DNA from: Butyricicoccus sp. Marseille-Q5471
GTDB lineage: Bacteria; Bacillota; Clostridia; Oscillospirales; Butyricicoccaceae
NCBI RefSeq assembly: GCF_951230135.1
Contig: NZ_CATNVC010000001.1
Location: forward strand, 76,746 to 140,745
DNA: 64,000 bases
Direction: 5' to 3'
Part shown: one piece after another, positions 46,336 through 56,705 of the stretch
Numbering within the stretch: the stretch's first letter is position 1
Layout of the letters: each line of letters starts with the position of its first letter
Translations under genes and position numbers: made by a program
Notes under the pieces: generated by a model
The model's input: only the letters and a program-made list of their open reading frames with translations
Database searches by the model: none
Told to the model about the DNA's origin: nothing

Positions 46336-46791
46336 TTACTTTTCCCGAATCAATGTATTGAGCTCTTCCATGAAGGTATTGATGTCCTTAAACTGTCGGT
46401 ACACCGAGGCAAAACGCACATAGGCGACCTCATCCACCTTGCGGAGCTGATCCATGACCAATTCACCGATTACCTTGCTCGATACCTCGCTTTCCAGCGA
46501 GCCAAACACCTTTTGCTCTACGCGATCGACCATCTGCTCGAGCTGAAGCAGTGACACCGGGCGTTTTTCACAGGCCTTAATCAGGCCGCTCAGCAGCTTC
46601 TGACGATCATAAGCCTGACGGGTACCATCGCGCTTAATCAGCATCAGCGGCATACGCTCGACAGTTTCATAGGTGGTAAAACGCTTGAGACATTTGAGGC
46701 ATTCCCGACGGCGTCGGATGCTGGTTCCCTCGTCGGTAGGACGGGAGTCGACAACCTTACTGTCCTCAAAACCGCAAAACGGACATTTCAT
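46336..46791 (-). CDS. nrdR: Transcriptional repressor NrdR
   Basis: Starts [22 protein letters not shown] with a zinc ribbon plus ATP-cone. Confidence 0.9.
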   Translation of the reverse strand: MKCPFCGFEDSKVVDSRPTDEGTSIRRRRECLKCLKRFTTYETVERMPLMLIKRDGTRQAYDRQKLLSGLIKACEKRPVSLLQLEQMVDRVEQKVFGSLESEVSSKVIGELVMDQLRKVDEVAYVRFASVYRQFKDINTFMEELNTLIREK

Positions 46792-46910
46792 CCGAACTTC
46801 ACCCTCACATTCATAGTTTTACAAGCCGAGGCAGTTTGATACAACGCCTCAATGGCATCATTATACCATGTCTTGTGGCTGGAAGTCAACGCCGCACCAT
46901 ATATTTTGCA

Positions 46911-47702
46911 TCAAATCGGTGCATATCTGCCGAGTACACGCAGGGCACGCGACATATCCTCCGGGGCACCGAAATTCGATCGGTAAACCTCAATCAGCGC
47001 CTGCCCCTGATAGCCGAGCGCATGCATACGATGAAAAAAGTCATCATAGTCCATATCACCCTCCCCCGGCAGCAGGCAGCTGTGCGCGGCGGAATAATCG
47101 TTAATATGCACATTCACGATGCGGTCGCCGACGACATCGACAAAATCGCGCCAATACCGTCCTGCGCGGCCCGCCTGTTTGATGTCCAGCGTATAGCGCA
47201 GCTCGGGCACATTGTCGTATAACCAGCGCAGGTAGGCCGGGTTTTCCGATTTGCACCATGCCACATTCTCCTGCGCAAGCGTCACGCCGCATGAGCCAGC
47301 CAGACTACACAGCCGGCGGTATGCCTTCAGCTTGCGCTCAGCACGCGCCGGATCATCAACACCGCCCAGATTGCGTTCTCCGTGAAAGGTGAAAAAGCGT
47401 GCCCCAACAGACGCTGTAAACTCAAAATACCGCTGATACTGCGCCATACCGTCTTCGGTGCGGCGGGGGTAATCCGAAAGCAGCATCATCCCCTCCATCA
47501 GCGAGGTGTACGGATGAACGGACACAATATCGACCCCGCAGCTGTTGGCAATGCTCGACAGCTGTCTGGCAAAAGCGGGCGAAAACTCACTTTCCGTGTT
47601 GACAAACACCTCGATCGCACGCACGCCGAGCCCCGCAAGGAGCGGCACGACCTCCTCAACCGGCTGCGGATAAAAGCAGGCGGTTGAAACACCGATGCGC
47701 AT
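46911..47702 (-). CDS. Sugar phosphate isomerase/epimerase (xylose isomerase-like TIM barrel)
   Basis: 263 aa, TIM-barrel AP endonuclease 2 / xylose isomerase-like family. Confidence 0.7.
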   Translation of the reverse strand: MRIGVSTACFYPQPVEEVVPLLAGLGVRAIEVFVNTESEFSPAFARQLSSIANSCGVDIVSVHPYTSLMEGMMLLSDYPRRTEDGMAQYQRYFEFTASVGARFFTFHGERNLGGVDDPARAERKLKAYRRLCSLAGSCGVTLAQENVAWCKSENPAYLRWLYDNVPELRYTLDIKQAGRAGRYWRDFVDVVGDRIVNVHINDYSAAHSCLLPGEGDMDYDDFFHRMHALGYQGQALIEVYRSNFGAPEDMSRALRVLGRYAPI

Positions 47703-47824
47703 AAAAACCCTCCTTCATTTGAAAACGAGGATGCCCGAAAGCATCCTCGTTTTATTCTGTGCAGATTTACGCAAATTTGTGCGTCAAACATTGGTTTTCT
47801 GTTTGCATCTGCGCGGTATCTCAC

Positions 47825-48733
47825 TTAAGCGTGCTTCTTGCGAAACACCTTGCGGAAGAAGTTCCACAGCGATGCCGACAGGAAGATAGACGAGTATGCG
47901 CCTGCCAGAATGCCGATAATCAGCGGCAGCGTGAACTCCTTGAGCGAGCTGACACCCAGAATGAAAATCATGCCGATGGTGAACAGCGTGGTCAGCGTGG
48001 TATTGATGGTACGACCCATGGTCTGCCAAACGCTGCGCTCTGCGATTTCTTCAAACGGTTCCTTGCGCGCAGCACGCAGGTTTTCACGAATGCGGTCGAA
48101 TACGATAATCGACGCATTGATGGAATAACCAAGAATGGTCAGCGCTGCGGCAATAAAGTTTGTGTTGAGCGGAAGCTGGAAAATGATATAGCACGACAGC
48201 ATAATCAGCAAATCGTGTACCAGGCAGCAGACTGCCGCCATGCCCGAGGTCAGCTCAAAGCGGAACGTGATATAAATCATCATCAGGATGATTGCAACAA
48301 TCGCGCAAATAAAGGCTGCTGCCTTCAGGTCGTTGCCGACAGATGCGGACACGTCCTCGTTGGCGTAAAGATCATCGTCAGTCAAGCTGTACTTGCTCTT
48401 CATCGCCTCAATGACCTTGGAACGGGTTTCGGAATCAATTGACTTGGAGCGAATCAGAACCTGCTGATTATTATCGCCCGCAGAGGTAACCGACGAAGCC
48501 GACTGGCCCGTCGTTTCTGCAAACAGTGCGCCGACTTCATTCTGAATGTCCTGCGTCACGGTCTGCTTCATGTTGAACTCCATCTCGGTGCCGCCTGCGA
48601 AATCGATGTCCAGATTGAACAGATTCACACCAAACGGCAGTGCCAGCAGGCCAACCAGGCCAACCGCACACAGCAGGACGGAGATAATGCCGAAAATTTT
48701 AAAATTCTTTAATACAGGAAACTTGGGATTCAT
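47825..48733 (-). CDS. secF: Protein-export membrane protein SecF
   Basis: 302 aa with the SecF topology and motifs. Confidence 0.9.
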   Translation of the reverse strand: MNPKFPVLKNFKIFGIISVLLCAVGLVGLLALPFGVNLFNLDIDFAGGTEMEFNMKQTVTQDIQNEVGALFAETTGQSASSVTSAGDNNQQVLIRSKSIDSETRSKVIEAMKSKYSLTDDDLYANEDVSASVGNDLKAAAFICAIVAIILMMIYITFRFELTSGMAAVCCLVHDLLIMLSCYIIFQLPLNTNFIAAALTILGYSINASIIVFDRIRENLRAARKEPFEEIAERSVWQTMGRTINTTLTTLFTIGMIFILGVSSLKEFTLPLIIGILAGAYSSIFLSASLWNFFRKVFRKKHA

Positions 48734-48751
48734 AATTTATCTCCTCCTTTC

Positions 48752-50077
48752 TTATGCGCCGTAAGCCTTGGGGTTGCGGATGTGGAAATCAACCATACGA
48801 TTGAGCAGGAAGTGCGTAATCGTCAGCGCGGTGAACATCGACACCAGAACGCCGATGCCGAGCGTGGTCGCAAAGCCGACAATCGTGCCGGTGCCCTTCC
48901 AGAGCAGCACAGCGGCAGCAATCAGCGTGGTCACGTTGGAGTCCAGAATTGCGGAGAACGCACGCTTGAAGCCGGAATCGATGGCGCTCTTAACCGTCTT
49001 GCCCGCGCGCAGCTCTTCCTTGATGCGCTCGAAGATGACGACGTTGGCGTCAACCGCCATACCGATTGACAATATGATGCCGGCGATGCCGGGCAGCGAC
49101 AGGTTGACGCGAACCCAGCTGAAAATGATGCATTCAATCACAATGTAGAAGCCGAGCGCCATGCAGGCAACCAGACCGGGAATGCGGTAAACGATCAGCA
49201 TGAACAGGCAGACCAGCATAATACCAATCAGGCCTGCAATCAGGCTGGTGCGCATTGCGTTTGCGCCCAGCTGCGGGCCGACCGAACGCAGCTCCGCCTG
49301 CTTGAGGTCGAACGGCATCTGACCGACATTAATCAGGTCTGCCAGTTCGTTGGCACTTTCATTGGTGAAGTTGCCGCCCTCAATGACACAGGTCTTTTCA
49401 TTGAGCTGGCTCGAAACCGTCGGCATCGAAATGACAGAGTTGTCCATGATGATGCCGAGAACATTCGTGCCGTCGGTACGTGCTGCGATAGAAGCCGTTG
49501 CCTCGGAGAATTTCTTGACGCCCTCGTCGGTGAACTCAATCTGTACATAGTACGAGCTGCCCAGCGAGGAGTTGGTCTTGCCATACATCGCGGTTGCGCG
49601 CTCGATGTCCTTGCCGGTCAGCCATTCCTTGCCGTCCGCGTCGACAAATGTCAGCTGAGCGGTCGTGCCGAGCGTCTGCACGGCTTCTTCGGGGTTCGTA
49701 ATTTCGGGGATTTCAACCGTGATGCGGTTTTCATCGCGCAGTGCGACGGTCGCTTCGGTAAAGCCCTTGTTGGTCAGTCGCTGACGAATCATCGACTGGG
49801 CGATCTTCATGTCGTCCGCAAGGTTGGCGTGGTCGTAGCCCTCAGGCAGTACGGCCTCATACGTGATAGACGAGCCGCCGACCAAATCAAGGCCAAGGCG
49901 GATACCGTTTTCCGAGTCGGTTACGGCCGGAATGAGTGCGCGCACCTGCGTGGTGTCGTCCTCAGCCAGCTCCGGCTTGCTAAAGCCCCCCGGAATATAC
50001 AGTCCCGTTATCGCTGTCACGCCCAGAAAGACGATCACGAGCATGACCGCGATAAAGGAAATCACACTCTTCTTCAA
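48752..50077 (-). CDS. secD: Protein-export membrane protein SecD
   Basis: SecD periplasmic domain plus a six-TM C-terminus. Proposed TTG start at 50077 is preceded by AAAGGAGG; the ORF-track start at 50146 has no RBS. Confidence 0.88.
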   Translation of the reverse strand: MKKSVISFIAVMLVIVFLGVTAITGLYIPGGFSKPELAEDDTTQVRALIPAVTDSENGIRLGLDLVGGSSITYEAVLPEGYDHANLADDMKIAQSMIRQRLTNKGFTEATVALRDENRITVEIPEITNPEEAVQTLGTTAQLTFVDADGKEWLTGKDIERATAMYGKTNSSLGSSYYVQIEFTDEGVKKFSEATASIAARTDGTNVLGIIMDNSVISMPTVSSQLNEKTCVIEGGNFTNESANELADLINVGQMPFDLKQAELRSVGPQLGANAMRTSLIAGLIGIMLVCLFMLIVYRIPGLVACMALGFYIVIECIIFSWVRVNLSLPGIAGIILSIGMAVDANVVIFERIKEELRAGKTVKSAIDSGFKRAFSAILDSNVTTLIAAAVLLWKGTGTIVGFATTLGIGVLVSMFTALTITHFLLNRMVDFHIRNPKAYGA

Positions 50078-50212
50078 TGTTTTACAGCCTCCTTTTTTTC
50101 TTACACAACTGCTAGTTAGTATAGTCTTTTCAAGTGACAAAGTCAATGCTAAAGCTCCTTAAAACAGACACACTTCGCCCCTTGCAGGAATGGAGTTCTC
50201 CTTCAAAGCACC

Positions 50213-51643
50213 TTACAAGTTGATTTCCACCGTAACATCCGTGCCATCGAGATACTTGTCGATTTTTGGGTGTACACACTCGGTCAGGAAATCGGTGACC
50301 TGCGCCGGGCTGCGGCCGATATAGGCCGACGGATCAAGGTGCTCCAGAATCTGCTCGCGGGTCATGCCGAACATCGGGTCGGCAGCGATCCGGTCAATCA
50401 AATCATTGTCAAGGCCGTCCTCCTTGATGCGCTTTCCGGCAGCCATCGAATGCTCGCGGATGCGCTCGTGCAGCTCCTGACGGTCGCCGCCGCGCTTGAC
50501 CGCGCTCATCATAATGTTTTCGGTCGCCATGAAGGGCAGCTCGTTCATCACGCGCTGACGGATGACCTTGGGGTAAACGACCAGTCCGGAAACCACATTA
50601 ATCATGATGTTCAGGATTGCGTCCACCGCGAGAAAGGCCTCGGGCACGGAAATTCGCTTGTTGGCCGAGTCGTCGAGCGTACGCTCGAACCACTGAGTCG
50701 CCGAAGTGAACGCCGGGTTCAGGCTGTCGCAGATCACATAGCGCGAAAGCGCACAGATGCGCTCCGAACGCATCGGATTGCGCTTATAGGGCATCGCGGA
50801 AGAACCGATCTGGTTCTTTTCAAACGGCTCTTCGACTTCCTTGAGGTGCTGGAGCAGACGCAAATCGGTGGCAAACTTGGAGGCCGACTGGGCAATGCCC
50901 GACAGCGTCGCAAGCGCCTGCGCGTCAATCTTGCGCGAATAGGTCTGGCCGGAAACCGGAACCACGCCCGCAAAGCCGAAATCATCCGCAATACGGCGTT
51001 CGAGCTCCTTCACCTTGCTGTCGTCGCCGTCAAACAGCTCGACAAAGGATGCCTGCGTGCCGGTTGTGCCCTTCGACCCGAGCATCTGGAGGTTGGCGAT
51101 GCGGTACTCGACCTCGTCCAAATCCATCAGCAGCTCGTTCATCCAAAGCGTCGCGCGCTTGCCGACCGTGGTAAGCTGCGCAGGCTGGAAATGGGTAAAG
51201 CCGAGCGTTGGCTGTGCCTTATGCTCGTCCGCAAACTTGCCCAGACGGTCGAGCACGGTGACCAGCTTCTGGCGAACGATCTTCAGACCTTCGCGCAGCT
51301 GGATGATATCGGTATTATCGCCCACGTAAGCGCTCGTCGCGCCGAGGTGGATGATACCGGCGGCTGACGGTGCAGCCTTGCCGTAAGTGTACACATGTGC
51401 CATGACGTCATGGCGGACTTCCTTCTCACGCTTGCGGGCGGTCTCATAGTCGATATCGTCGATATGAGCCTCCATTTCGGCGACCTGCTCCGGGGTAATC
51501 GGCAGACCAAGCGCCAGTTCGGCCTTGGCCAGCGAGACCCAAAGGCGGCGCCAGGTCGTAAATTTCATGTCGGGTGAGAAAACGTACAGCATCTCCTCCG
51601 AAGCGTAGCGCGCGGAGAACGGGCTTTCGTACACGTTGTTCAT
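50213..51643 (-). CDS. purB: Adenylosuccinate lyase
   Basis: 476 aa with the fumarate-lyase signature GSSAMPYKRNP. RBS AAAGGAAG. Confidence 0.9.
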   Translation of the reverse strand: MNNVYESPFSARYASEEMLYVFSPDMKFTTWRRLWVSLAKAELALGLPITPEQVAEMEAHIDDIDYETARKREKEVRHDVMAHVYTYGKAAPSAAGIIHLGATSAYVGDNTDIIQLREGLKIVRQKLVTVLDRLGKFADEHKAQPTLGFTHFQPAQLTTVGKRATLWMNELLMDLDEVEYRIANLQMLGSKGTTGTQASFVELFDGDDSKVKELERRIADDFGFAGVVPVSGQTYSRKIDAQALATLSGIAQSASKFATDLRLLQHLKEVEEPFEKNQIGSSAMPYKRNPMRSERICALSRYVICDSLNPAFTSATQWFERTLDDSANKRISVPEAFLAVDAILNIMINVVSGLVVYPKVIRQRVMNELPFMATENIMMSAVKRGGDRQELHERIREHSMAAGKRIKEDGLDNDLIDRIAADPMFGMTREQILEHLDPSAYIGRSPAQVTDFLTECVHPKIDKYLDGTDVTVEINL

Positions 51644-51682
51644 GCGGTTCTTCCTTTCGATGTTCTCTATTTTCCTCTTTCC

Positions 51683-51717
51683 AAAGACAAAAGAACGGAC
51701 CGTGACAGTCCGTTCTT
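51683..51717 (-). terminator. Intrinsic terminator after the aminotransferase gene
   Basis: AAGAACGGAC-cgtgaca-GTCCGTTCTT followed by a minus-strand U-tract. Confidence 0.75.
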
Positions 51718-51771
51718 AGTTTATCACTTTACGCTGTTTTTTTCAAGAAAATCCGGCGCATGAGGTCGTTT

Positions 51772-52971
51772 TTACGCGTTTTTTATGAACTGCTCCAAAC
51801 GGTCGAGTCCTTTGTCAATCTCCTGAAGCGAAGTTGCATAACTCCAACGCAGGAAACCCGGAGCAGCAAAGGCCGTGCAGGGCACGGTCGCAACCAAGCC
51901 CTTTTCGAGAAACAGCTGCGCAAACTCCTCAGCCGACTGAATCATCCGGCCGTACATGCTTTTTCCAATGAAGTTCTGCATATTCATCATGACATAGAAC
52001 GCACCCTGCGGCTTGATGCAGGAAACGCCGTCAATATGGTTCATTCGCTCTACCAAATGATCGCGTCGAGCCTCAAACGCGCGGCACATCTCATGAATAT
52101 CCTCCTGCGGGCCGACCAATGCGGTAATAGCCGCCTGCTGCGAAATGGTAGACGGCGCCGAGGTCGAGTGGCTCAAGTAGTTGGACATGACCTTGGCAAG
52201 CTCGCGGTTGGAGGCGGTGTAGCCAATGCGCCAACCGGTCATGGCATAGGACTTGGACACGCCGTTGACGACAATCGTGCGCTCCTTAATATCCGCACCG
52301 AGCGACGCGAAGGAGACGAATTCCAGATTGTCATACACCAGATTGCAGTAAATTTCGTCCGCAATTACGTAAACATTGCGGCGGCAGCAAACCTCTGCAA
52401 TGGACTCCAGCTCTGCACGGGTATAGACCATGCCGGTCGGGTTCGAGGGCGAGTTGAGCATGAACACCTTTGTGTTATCCGTAATCGCAGCATCCAGCTG
52501 TTCGGCGGTGATTTTAAAATCCTGCGCCTCGGTGGCCGAAACAATCACCGGAATCGCGCCCGCCTGCTTAACCATCTCGCTGTACGACACCCAATAGGGC
52601 GCGGCAATGACAACCTCGTCCCCCGGGTTGCACAGCGTCATCAGCGCAATATAAACAGAGTGCTTTGCGCCGGAAGCCACAACAATCTCCTCCGGCTCGT
52701 AATCCAAACCGCAGTCCGCTTTCAGACGGTAGCACGCGGCGCGGCGCAGCTCCATCAATCCGGCTGCCGGGGTGTAGCGGGTCAGGTTATTGTCAATCGC
52801 GTCAATACCCGCCTGCTTGATGTGCATCGGCGTGGGAAAATCAGGCTCGCCCGCGCCAAAGCCGACAACATCCAGTCCATCCGCCTTCATTTGCTTGAAC
52901 ATGGAATCAATTACGAGCGTGGTCGATGCCTGTACGCCCGCGGCAATCTTAGAAATCGGTTTCAGTGCCAC
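51772..52971 (-). CDS. Aspartate aminotransferase (class I PLP-dependent)
   Basis: 399 aa with PLP-lysine region SKSYAMTGWRIGY. GTG start with RBS AAGGAG. Confidence 0.85.
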   Translation of the reverse strand: MALKPISKIAAGVQASTTLVIDSMFKQMKADGLDVVGFGAGEPDFPTPMHIKQAGIDAIDNNLTRYTPAAGLMELRRAACYRLKADCGLDYEPEEIVVASGAKHSVYIALMTLCNPGDEVVIAAPYWVSYSEMVKQAGAIPVIVSATEAQDFKITAEQLDAAITDNTKVFMLNSPSNPTGMVYTRAELESIAEVCCRRNVYVIADEIYCNLVYDNLEFVSFASLGADIKERTIVVNGVSKSYAMTGWRIGYTASNRELAKVMSNYLSHSTSAPSTISQQAAITALVGPQEDIHEMCRAFEARRDHLVERMNHIDGVSCIKPQGAFYVMMNMQNFIGKSMYGRMIQSAEEFAQLFLEKGLVATVPCTAFAAPGFLRWSYATSLQEIDKGLDRLEQFIKNA

Positions 52972-53069
52972 CGGTTTTCACTCCTTACATCTCTCTTGCT
53001 ACCTTATTATATGCTCCCTTTGCCGACTTTGCAAGTCCGAGGTAGGAAAATTGCAAAATTCACAAGGTA

Positions 53070-53096
53070 GAAAAAAGCCGCCCCTCAGGGCGGCTC
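53070..53096 (-). terminator. Intrinsic terminator after thiN
   Basis: GCCGCCCCT-c-AGGGCGGC with an A-tract on the plus strand (a U-tract on the minus RNA). Confidence 0.7.
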
Positions 53097-53126
53097 TCGT
53101 GTCGAATTTTCACAAAAAGGAGGTGC

Positions 53127-53771
53127 TCAATCGTGTGTAAAGACGATGAGTGCACGTCCCTGCTCGATTTCCACCACAAACTCGGGTGCGGTTGCTTCAT
53201 TTGAGATCGTAATCATACCCGCGCGGGTTACCGTGACGGAATGCAGCGGATACTTGGCATTTTCTATCGTTACGCCTTTCAGTACCGAGTCAAGCGGCAC
53301 GATGGAGAAGTAATGATAGTTTTCCGTCATTTTGAATTTCTGATGACCGCCTTCATGCAAAACGATTTTATTCTGCCTGTCGAGCACGGTCAACTGTCCG
53401 CCCATGGCGTACGCTTCCTCCAAAAGGGAGAGGTTTGCAAGCATATGATCGATTCGTCCGCCCGTCGCGCAGACCAGCGTCACCTCGGTACACCCGCGGC
53501 GAAACACCTCGCGCAGACAGGACTGCGTGTCGGTATCGTCCTTCTCCGGCTTAAGCCGCAGCACCTCTGTCCCCTCGGTCTCACTCAGCGAATCGCAGTC
53601 GCTGACCATGAAATCCGGGTGCAAACCGAGCTTTCGCGCATGCCGCAGTCCGCCGTCGGCGCACACAATTATCGCATGCGGATGCTCACGCAGAAAATCC
53701 CTGATGTAGTCATATTCAGTTTCGGGTGCAGCCGCAAAAATCAGCGCGTGCCGCCCTTGGAAAGTTCCCAT
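53127..53771 (-). CDS. thiN: Thiamine diphosphokinase
   Basis: 214 aa TPK fold (IIVCADGG...VCATGGRIDH). Overlaps the rsgA 3' end, as in rsgA-thiN operons. Confidence 0.8.
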   Translation of the reverse strand: MGTFQGRHALIFAAAPETEYDYIRDFLREHPHAIIVCADGGLRHARKLGLHPDFMVSDCDSLSETEGTEVLRLKPEKDDTDTQSCLREVFRRGCTEVTLVCATGGRIDHMLANLSLLEEAYAMGGQLTVLDRQNKIVLHEGGHQKFKMTENYHYFSIVPLDSVLKGVTIENAKYPLHSVTVTRAGMITISNEATAPEFVVEIEQGRALIVFTHD

Positions 53772-54637
53772 TCTTTTAAATCCTTTACGCTTTCATAGAG
53801 CTTCACATAGCTGTCATGCCGGCTTTTCGCAATTTCACCCGCTTCGACTGCCGCAATGACGGCGCAGCCCTTTTCCTTGACATGTGCACAGCCGGTAAAC
53901 TTACACTGCCCGATATACGGCGCAAACTCACGGAACGCATATTGCAGCTCGTCCGCGAGCACCAAGTCCATCTGCTCGGTGTCAAACGAGGAAAAGCCGG
54001 GCGTGTCCGCAATGTAGCCGCCGCACGCCAGCTTCATCAGCTCGACGTGGCGGGTGGTGTGCCGTCCGCGGCCGATGCGGTCGGAAATTGTGCCGACCTC
54101 GGCCTCGAACCGATTGTCCAGACGGTTGAGTACGCTCGACTTCCCCACGCCCGAATTGCCTGCGAAAGCCGCGACCTTACCTGCGAGATGCGCCCGCAGC
54201 TCGTCGATACCCTCACCGGTCAGTGCGGAAACGCGCATGGTTTCAATACCGCTTTTGCAGTAGGTTTCGTACAGTTCATCGCCCGCATTCTCATCGGTCT
54301 TGTTGATGACGACCAATACGTCCATGCCCTTATGCTCCGCAATCGCCGTAACCTTGTCAATCAGGAACGGGTCGGTGACCGGCGGCGCAGCCGAAGCCAC
54401 AGCGACCAGCAAATCGATATTCGCAACCGCCGGACGCACTAGCGTATTGCGCCGCTCGGCGATTTCCTGCAGATAGCCCGTGCCTTCCGGCTGCAGGTCA
54501 AGCTCTACCCGATCGCCCACAATCGGCTTGCCGACTGTCTTGCGGAATTTGCCGCGCGCTTTACACTCGATTACACCCTGCGGCGTATCCACGTAGTAAA
54601 ATCCGCCGATGCCCTTTAAAATGATGCCCTGAATCAA
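53741..54637 (-). CDS. rsgA: Ribosome small subunit-dependent GTPase A
   Basis: OB domain, circularly permuted GTPase and a C-terminal zinc finger (CKFTGCAHVKEKGC). TTG start with RBS AAGGAG. Confidence 0.9.
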   Translation of the reverse strand: MIQGIILKGIGGFYYVDTPQGVIECKARGKFRKTVGKPIVGDRVELDLQPEGTGYLQEIAERRNTLVRPAVANIDLLVAVASAAPPVTDPFLIDKVTAIAEHKGMDVLVVINKTDENAGDELYETYCKSGIETMRVSALTGEGIDELRAHLAGKVAAFAGNSGVGKSSVLNRLDNRFEAEVGTISDRIGRGRHTTRHVELMKLACGGYIADTPGFSSFDTEQMDLVLADELQYAFREFAPYIGQCKFTGCAHVKEKGCAVIAAVEAGEIAKSRHDSYVKLYESVKDLKEWELSKGGTR

Positions 54638-54656
54638 AAAGCGTATCTCCTTTTCG

Positions 54657-56699
54657 TCAGTTGAACGTATACGTGCCGCCGCCGGCTGACTGGCCGTCGA
54701 CCGTAATCGTCACCTCGTGCGAACCGGCAGGGCCGGTAATGGGAATGGTGACCGTGCTGTTTGCCGTGGCGTGATCGCCCTCATACAGCGTCTGCCCGCC
54801 CGACGAGATGACAACGTGCGCCGTCTCAATATCAGTCGGCAGTACGACGGTCACACTGGCTGTGCCGGTTGTCGGTGTCGTCGGTTGCTCCTCCCCGCCG
54901 GACGGCTGCTCGCCATCCCCGCTGCCGGATCCCGGGGGTTCGGTCGTCGGCGGTGTGACCGTCGCCGGCCCCTTCGACACCTTCAAATCGATTGCGGTAC
55001 CCTTACTCACCTCGTCGCCGGTCTTGACCGACTGTTCGACAATCGTATCAATTGCCATATTGCTTTCAACCGGCTCGACCGTGCCCATCTTCAGGCCGTT
55101 GCTCTCCAGAATCTGTCGAGCTTCGTCCTGCGAGCGTCCGGTAAGGCCTGGCATTTTGATCTTTTCCTGTCCCTTGCTGACCCAGACGACCAGCGTTTGT
55201 CCCTCTGCAAGGCTTGCGCCCGCAGCAGGTTCGGTGCGGGTGACACTGCCGGATTCCACGTCCGCAGAGTCCTCCTGCTCCACGCGGAACAGAACTCCCT
55301 TTTGTCCCAGCACCGTGGTGACATAATCAATTTTTTCGCCCTTGAAATCCTGAATCGGATAGCTATTGTCCACATCAGGCCCGCCTGCGGACACCGTAAG
55401 GACAATATTTGTGCCCTTTTTCACCTGTTTGCCCGCGTCGACGCTCTGTTTAATGACCGTACCCTCAGGCTTGTCCGACTCTACCCGCTTATCGGCTTCA
55501 CTGACGTTGAAGTTGTCCTTCCACGAATCGTCCGCCATGACAGCGGAAATATCTTGAAACACAAAGTTCGGCACTTCGACCTTGTCATTGCCCGAACCGC
55601 CGGTCAGCACCAATGCCCCGACTACAATCAGCGCAATCACCGCAACGACAACAACCGAGATGATTGCCGCGACCGCCGGACGTTCACCGATGCGCTCGAG
55701 CAGCGTCTCCGGCTCATGAACAGCCACCGCTTTTCGCTCCTTGGGCGCCGTGGCACGGTCACGCTCGGGCGAAACAGGCGTCCGCCGTGCAGCCATCTGC
55801 ACCTCGCGGTCAAGCACCTGCGTTTCACCTTCGTCCTGCTGCATGGTGCATTCATAGCCAAACCGTACCTCGGGATTGGCCTTGATGCGCTCCAAATCGG
55901 TACAAAGCTGTTCTGCCGATGCATAGCGCTTATTAATGTTGGCGCACATTGCGTGCATGACGATGTCATCCATGCCGCGCGGCACGCCCGCCTGTATTTC
56001 GCTGGGCAGCAGCGGCACGGCGTTGAGGTGCTGCATGACGACCTGCAAAGCAGTTTCTCCCTCAAAGGGCAGCTTGCCGGTCAGCATTTCGTAAAGCACC
56101 ACGCCGAGCGAGTAAATATCGGTGCGGAAATCAATCGTCGAGCCCTTGGCCTGCTCCGGCGAAATATAGTGCACCGAGCCAATGGCCTCCTGCACCACCC
56201 GGGTTTCCTGCGTCGTCGCAAAGGAGGCGATGCCGAAGTCGGTCAGCTTGGCCGAACCGTCGCGCAGGATGATGACGTTCTGAGGCTTAATGTCCTGATG
56301 AATGACGCCGCGCGAATGCGCATGCATCAGCGCGCGGGAGATTTGCTGGGCAAAGAACAACGCCTCCTGCCACGACAGATTTCCCTTCTTCTGCATATAT
56401 TCCTTGAGCGTAATGCCCTCAATCAGCTCCATCACGATATAGTCCACGCCGTTATCATTGCCAACGTCGTACACCGACACGATATTGTGATGGCTCAGCT
56501 TGGCAACCGCCTGCGACTCAATCGAGAAGCGGCGGCGGATATCCGGATCCTTGGCAAATTCGTCCTTCAGGATCTTAACCGCGACAAAACGGTTGAGTAC
56601 ATGACAGCGCGCACGGTAGACCACAGCCATACCGCCAACGCCGACCACGTCGATAATCTCATACCGACCGCCGAGCAGCTTTCCTATGTATTTGTCCAT
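54657..56699 (-). CDS. prkC: Ser/Thr protein kinase with PASTA repeats (PrkC)
   Basis: Hanks kinase domain, TM segment, three PASTA repeats and a C-terminal Ig-like domain. Confidence 0.9.
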   Translation of the reverse strand: MDKYIGKLLGGRYEIIDVVGVGGMAVVYRARCHVLNRFVAVKILKDEFAKDPDIRRRFSIESQAVAKLSHHNIVSVYDVGNDNGVDYIVMELIEGITLKEYMQKKGNLSWQEALFFAQQISRALMHAHSRGVIHQDIKPQNVIILRDGSAKLTDFGIASFATTQETRVVQEAIGSVHYISPEQAKGSTIDFRTDIYSLGVVLYEMLTGKLPFEGETALQVVMQHLNAVPLLPSEIQAGVPRGMDDIVMHAMCANINKRYASAEQLCTDLERIKANPEVRFGYECTMQQDEGETQVLDREVQMAARRTPVSPERDRATAPKERKAVAVHEPETLLERIGERPAVAAIISVVVVAVIALIVVGALVLTGGSGNDKVEVPNFVFQDISAVMADDSWKDNFNVSEADKRVESDKPEGTVIKQSVDAGKQVKKGTNIVLTVSAGGPDVDNSYPIQDFKGEKIDYVTTVLGQKGVLFRVEQEDSADVESGSVTRTEPAAGASLAEGQTLVVWVSKGQEKIKMPGLTGRSQDEARQILESNGLKMGTVEPVESNMAIDTIVEQSVKTGDEVSKGTAIDLKVSKGPATVTPPTTEPPGSGSGDGEQPSGGEEQPTTPTTGTASVTVVLPTDIETAHVVISSGGQTLYEGDHATANSTVTIPITGPAGSHEVTITVDGQSAGGGTYTFN

Positions 56700-56705
56700 A
56701 TGGGG